NCBI GenBank assembly: GCA_945644815.1
Contig: CALZFA010000001.1
Span: 1 to 47,572, forward strand
Reading direction: 5' to 3'
DNA: 47,572 nucleotides
Source: an uncultured Clostridia bacterium
GTDB lineage: Bacteria > Bacillota > Clostridia > Peptostreptococcales > Anaerovoracaceae
Positions 44,403 to 47,572 of this stretch are shown here, one piece after another. The notes below the pieces were generated by a model. That model was not told the origin of the DNA and did not search any database. It saw nothing but the letters and a program-made list of their open reading frames with translations. The stretch's first letter is position 1; every line of letters begins with the position of its first letter. The position numbers and the translations under genes are program-made.

Positions 44403-45905
44403 ATGAATTTTTTAAAGGCTTTCGTTAAGTTCGTTCCTGTATTCGTTTTGGCCGGACTGATGATTTTTGGAAAAGGACATCTCTTCGACGGGCAGGACGC
44501 AATGGTCGCTGCTCCCATCGCTTTCCTCGTTGCAGTTGTAGTTGCAATGCTTGTGGAAAAGAAGAAATGGCAGGAATGTCTGGACGCAGCTATGAATTCC
44601 GTTAAGAACATCTTAGTGGCATTATTCATTCTCATGCTGGCTTATGTAATGGCAAACTGCTTCATGAGCTATGGAGTAGGTGCTTCTGTAGTAAATATTG
44701 CTTTAAAGCTGGGCGTTACCGCTAAATCTGTTGCCTGCGTGGGTCTTGTCTGCACTGCTGTACTTTCGGTTGCTACAGGTACCTCATGGGGAACCTTTGC
44801 TGCCTGTGCACCTATTTTCTTATGGCTGTCTCACATTGTAGGCGGAAATATAGGCCTTACAGTATGTGCCATTGCAGGCGGCGCTTGCTTTGGCGACAAC
44901 ATCGGTCTCATCTCCGATACCACCATCGTATCTTCCGGTATTCAGGGGGTTCAGGTTACTGATAGAATCAGGCACCAGGGTGTATGGTCAGTTTCCTGCC
45001 TTGTTTTAGCTGCCATCGCATTCTTTGTTGCTGCAGTGGTAATGGGCTTAAACGGAACAGGCGATGCTTCCGCGGTAATGGACAACATTACTCCTGAAAT
45101 TCAGGCTTTCCTCGAAGAGGAACGTCCGGCTGCCCTCGACCTCCTCAATCAGGTTGCTGACGGCGTAGCTATTTACATGGTAACTCCTCTGGTTCTTGTA
45201 ATTGTTCTGGCTGTTATGGGGGTTAACACCTTTGCCTGCATCGGAAGCGGTATTATTTCTTCCTACATTTTGGGTCTTTTTGCAGGAACCGCAGGTTCTG
45301 TTCAGGATTTCTTAGATAACTATTTATATACAGGCATAGAGGATGCCGGGTCTTGGGTAGTTCCCATGATGATGTGGGTTGCAGCATTCGGCGGCGTAAT
45401 GCAGCTTATGGATGCTTTTGCTCCTCTTGCAAATCTCATTGCAAAGATGTCAAAAAAGGTAAGACATTTGCTTGGATGGAACGCTGTTCTCTCCCTTCTG
45501 GGAAATGCGGCTCTTGCTGATGAAATGGCTCAGATTGTTACAATCGGGCCTGTTATAAAGCAGGTTACAGAAGACAATGTCGTATGCGAAACAGAAGAAG
45601 CTGCTTATAAGCTGAAACTAAGAAACGCTACCTTTGGTGATGCTATGGGCGTATTCGGTTCACAGCTCATTCCTTGGCATGTATACCTTGGTTTCTACAT
45701 CGGTATCACTGCAGGAGTATATCCTTTGGTGGAGTTTACAAACATAGACTTTATCAAATACAATTTCATGGCTATGATTGCCGTTGCTTCGCTTCTCATT
45801 CTGACCTTTACAGGACTGGATAGATTCGTGCCTATGTTTAAAATGCCTACGGAACCTGAGGTTCAGTTAAAGAAGAACCTCAGCAAGGACGAGCAGGCTG
45901 CCTAA
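44403..45905 (+). CDS. NhaC-family transporter
   Basis: 500 aa and polytopic. Resembles the Na+/H+ antiporter NhaC family. AGGAG RBS. Confidence 0.65.
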   Translation: MNFLKAFVKFVPVFVLAGLMIFGKGHLFDGQDAMVAAPIAFLVAVVVAMLVEKKKWQECLDAAMNSVKNILVALFILMLAYVMANCFMSYGVGASVVNIALKLGVTAKSVACVGLVCTAVLSVATGTSWGTFAACAPIFLWLSHIVGGNIGLTVCAIAGGACFGDNIGLISDTTIVSSGIQGVQVTDRIRHQGVWSVSCLVLAAIAFFVAAVVMGLNGTGDASAVMDNITPEIQAFLEEERPAALDLLNQVADGVAIYMVTPLVLVIVLAVMGVNTFACIGSGIISSYILGLFAGTAGSVQDFLDNYLYTGIEDAGSWVVPMMMWVAAFGGVMQLMDAFAPLANLIAKMSKKVRHLLGWNAVLSLLGNAALADEMAQIVTIGPVIKQVTEDNVVCETEEAAYKLKLRNATFGDAMGVFGSQLIPWHVYLGFYIGITAGVYPLVEFTNIDFIKYNFMAMIAVASLLILTFTGLDRFVPMFKMPTEPEVQLKKNLSKDEQAA

Positions 45906-45940
45906 ATTGCAGACCTGTACGTGCCTGCCCATAATTATTA

Positions 45941-45968
45941 AAGCCCTGCAGCATGCGGGGCTTTCTTA
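45941..45968 (+). terminator. intrinsic terminator after the NhaC-like gene
   Basis: AGCCCTGC-AGCAT-GCGGGGCT followed by TTCTT. Confidence 0.65.
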
Positions 45969-46029
45969 TAGAATGCATATGCAGTGCCTTTCCCGAATAA
46001 ATTGATATATGTCTTGGCGGAGGTTCTGT

Positions 46030-46899
46030 ATGAAAAAAAAAGATTATCTGCTTCTGTTTTTTTTAGTACTCCTTATGGGGGCCGGTATTATATCATATGC
46101 AGACTCCTGCAGCAGAAAGGCTGCGGGCCGGTCCCTTTCTCTTTCGGATTCAAGAGATGAAATTGACATCCCCGTTCTTATGTACCACAGCTTTTGCAAG
46201 GACTCTTCCGGCGAAAACGAATATACAATTTCGGCAGACAGATTTGAAGGTGATCTTAAATGGCTACGCGATAAAGGCTATACAACCATATTCCCCTCCC
46301 AACTTATTTCCTACGTTAACGAAGGAGCCATGCTGCCGAGCAAGCCTGTCATTCTCACTTTTGATGACGGTTTTGCCAACAATATGCTCTATGCATTTCC
46401 ACTTCTCCAAAAATATAACATGAAGGCCGTTATTGCCCTTATAGGGTCTGAATCCGACAAAAGCTCTTCCGACATCTACCGCAACCGCGAACACGGTAAT
46501 CTTAACTGGGGTGAAGTAGCAATCTTATCACAATCCGGTTTAATAGAGTTTGCCAGCCACACCTACGACCTCCACTCCATTTCCCAGGAGCGAAAGGGTG
46601 CCGACAGAAAATCAGGAGAGAGCTCTGACCAATACAGAAATATACTTACGGAAGATCTGCTGAAAAATCAGGACCTAATTGAAAAAGCCACCGGATCTTT
46701 TCCTACTGCCTTTGCCTGGCCTTACGGCTCATATCCCGCTGATCGCATTGCCGATCCCATTTTAAGGGATCTGGGATTTCTTGTAACCTTCACCTCTTAC
46801 CAGCATACAAGCGGCATAACCCGCGGTGAGCCCGACAGCCTCTTCGGCCTGGGAAGATATCTTCGCACGCCTTCCTTTGACATTGAAAAGATAATCTGA
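46030..46899 (+). CDS. secreted/membrane-anchored polysaccharide deacetylase (NodB homology domain)
   Basis: Signal anchor, then PVLMYH, ILTFDDG and FASHTYDLH motifs. GGAGG before ATG 46030. Confidence 0.8.
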   Translation: MKKKDYLLLFFLVLLMGAGIISYADSCSRKAAGRSLSLSDSRDEIDIPVLMYHSFCKDSSGENEYTISADRFEGDLKWLRDKGYTTIFPSQLISYVNEGAMLPSKPVILTFDDGFANNMLYAFPLLQKYNMKAVIALIGSESDKSSSDIYRNREHGNLNWGEVAILSQSGLIEFASHTYDLHSISQERKGADRKSGESSDQYRNILTEDLLKNQDLIEKATGSFPTAFAWPYGSYPADRIADPILRDLGFLVTFTSYQHTSGITRGEPDSLFGLGRYLRTPSFDIEKII

Positions 46900-46944
46900 T
46901 AGAATAGACCTGATAAAAATACTGATATTACGGAGGTCATATCG

Positions 46945-47112
46945 ATGTGCAAAAATGAAGATAGAAACAACGAAAACAGAAAGGTTGACGTTACCGTAAA
47001 CGTAGATGTTTCCAAGATCGTAAGAAATGCGGCAATAGCAGGCGTGCTGATTGTAGGCATAGTCTTCGGATGCAGCACCTACAGAAAACTTTGTGCCTGG
47101 GAAAAAGAATAA
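46945..47112 (+). CDS. 55-aa single-TM protein (below the ORF-track length cut-off)
   Basis: GGAGG lies 8 nt upstream of the ATG. Sequence is MCKNEDRNNENRKVDVTVNVDVSKIVRNAAIAGVLIVGIVFGCSTYRKLCAWEKE. Confidence 0.45.
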   Translation: MCKNEDRNNENRKVDVTVNVDVSKIVRNAAIAGVLIVGIVFGCSTYRKLCAWEKE

Positions 47113-47134
47113 TAACTTTTTAAAGGAGAACTAA

Positions 47135-47503
47135 ATGATTTTACAGGAATCAGGCGAAATGTATCTTGAGACTATATATATTCTGCTGAAGGAACGTCCC
47201 TCCGTCCGCGCCATAGATGTGGGTGAATATATGGGTTTCAGTAAGCCCAGCGTCAGCAGAGCACTGGGTCTTCTCAAGGAATCGGGTTATGTCTGCTCCG
47301 ACAAAGACGGATATCTTTCCCTTACCGAATCCGGAACAAAAACGGCAGAGAAAATATACGAAAGGCACACTCTGCTTACGCAAATGTTTCTTTCTCTGGG
47401 GATTGATGAAAAAACCGCCTCTGCTGATGCCTGCAGGATCGAGCACGTTATAAGTGACGATACTTTCAGCGCTTTGAAGAAGCATTTCGGGCAGAAAAAA
47501 TAA
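47135..47503 (+). CDS. DtxR/MntR-family metal-dependent transcriptional regulator (short form, no SH3 domain)
   Basis: EMYLETIYIL, wHTH VSKPSVSRALGLLKESGYV, and a dimerisation/metal region ERHTLLTQMFL...ACRIEHVISD. AAGGAG RBS. Confidence 0.85.
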   Translation: MILQESGEMYLETIYILLKERPSVRAIDVGEYMGFSKPSVSRALGLLKESGYVCSDKDGYLSLTESGTKTAEKIYERHTLLTQMFLSLGIDEKTASADACRIEHVISDDTFSALKKHFGQKK

Positions 47504-47510
47504 GCCTCTT

Positions 47511-47572
47511 CGGCTTACGGCTTATGCCGGCGGCTTATGGCTTGCGGCTTATGGCTTATGCCGGTGACTTAT
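47511..47572. repeat. degenerate tandem heptamers GGCTTAT/GGCTTGC running to the window edge
   Basis: CGGCTTA CGGCTTAT GCCGGC GGCTTAT GGCTTGC GGCTTAT GGCTTAT GCCGGTG ACTTAT. Confidence 0.7.

Overview
A 47.6-kb chromosomal window, about 45% GC. Gene content suggests an anaerobic Firmicute, probably Clostridia and Lachnospiraceae-like, but the taxon is inference only. I support about 50 CDS, mostly on the minus strand, and found no tRNA/rRNA, CRISPR array, IS element or prophage. Left to right the window contains: a SAM methyltransferase; an OmpR/HisKA two-component pair; an FHA-FtsW/RodA fusion with a class B PBP; an XRE regulator with DUF3169-like protein and an ABC-2 transporter; an APC permease; an AKR/Fe-S reductase; a FAD/Rieske oxidoreductase; a YeiH-like protein; a heterodimeric ABC exporter; a HydABC-type [FeFe]-hydrogenase; infC-rpmI-rplT with its L20-leader attenuator; a 10-gene Mrp/Mbh-ordered membrane module; lexA; two tandem LysO-like genes; a PyrR-attenuated pyrP-pyrR pair; a sigma-54 locus; a polysaccharide deacetylase; and a DtxR/MntR regulator. 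The best candidate for an undescribed system is the sigma-54 locus at 40.1-45.9 kb. Its enhancer-binding protein has an N-terminal sensor that looks like a degenerate 3,5-diaminohexanoate dehydrogenase (Kdd). It is flanked by three GG-N10-GC promoters and two pairs of a shared 18-bp palindrome, which drive two NhaC/YuiF-type transporters and an orphan 79-aa protein. Other points worth a second look are a non-canonical TSCSP H-cluster motif in HydA, Cys/His-rich segments in the Mrp-like module, and two families of large-loop hairpin repeats in intergenic DNA. All homology statements come from reading motifs by eye and from memory; no database search was run.
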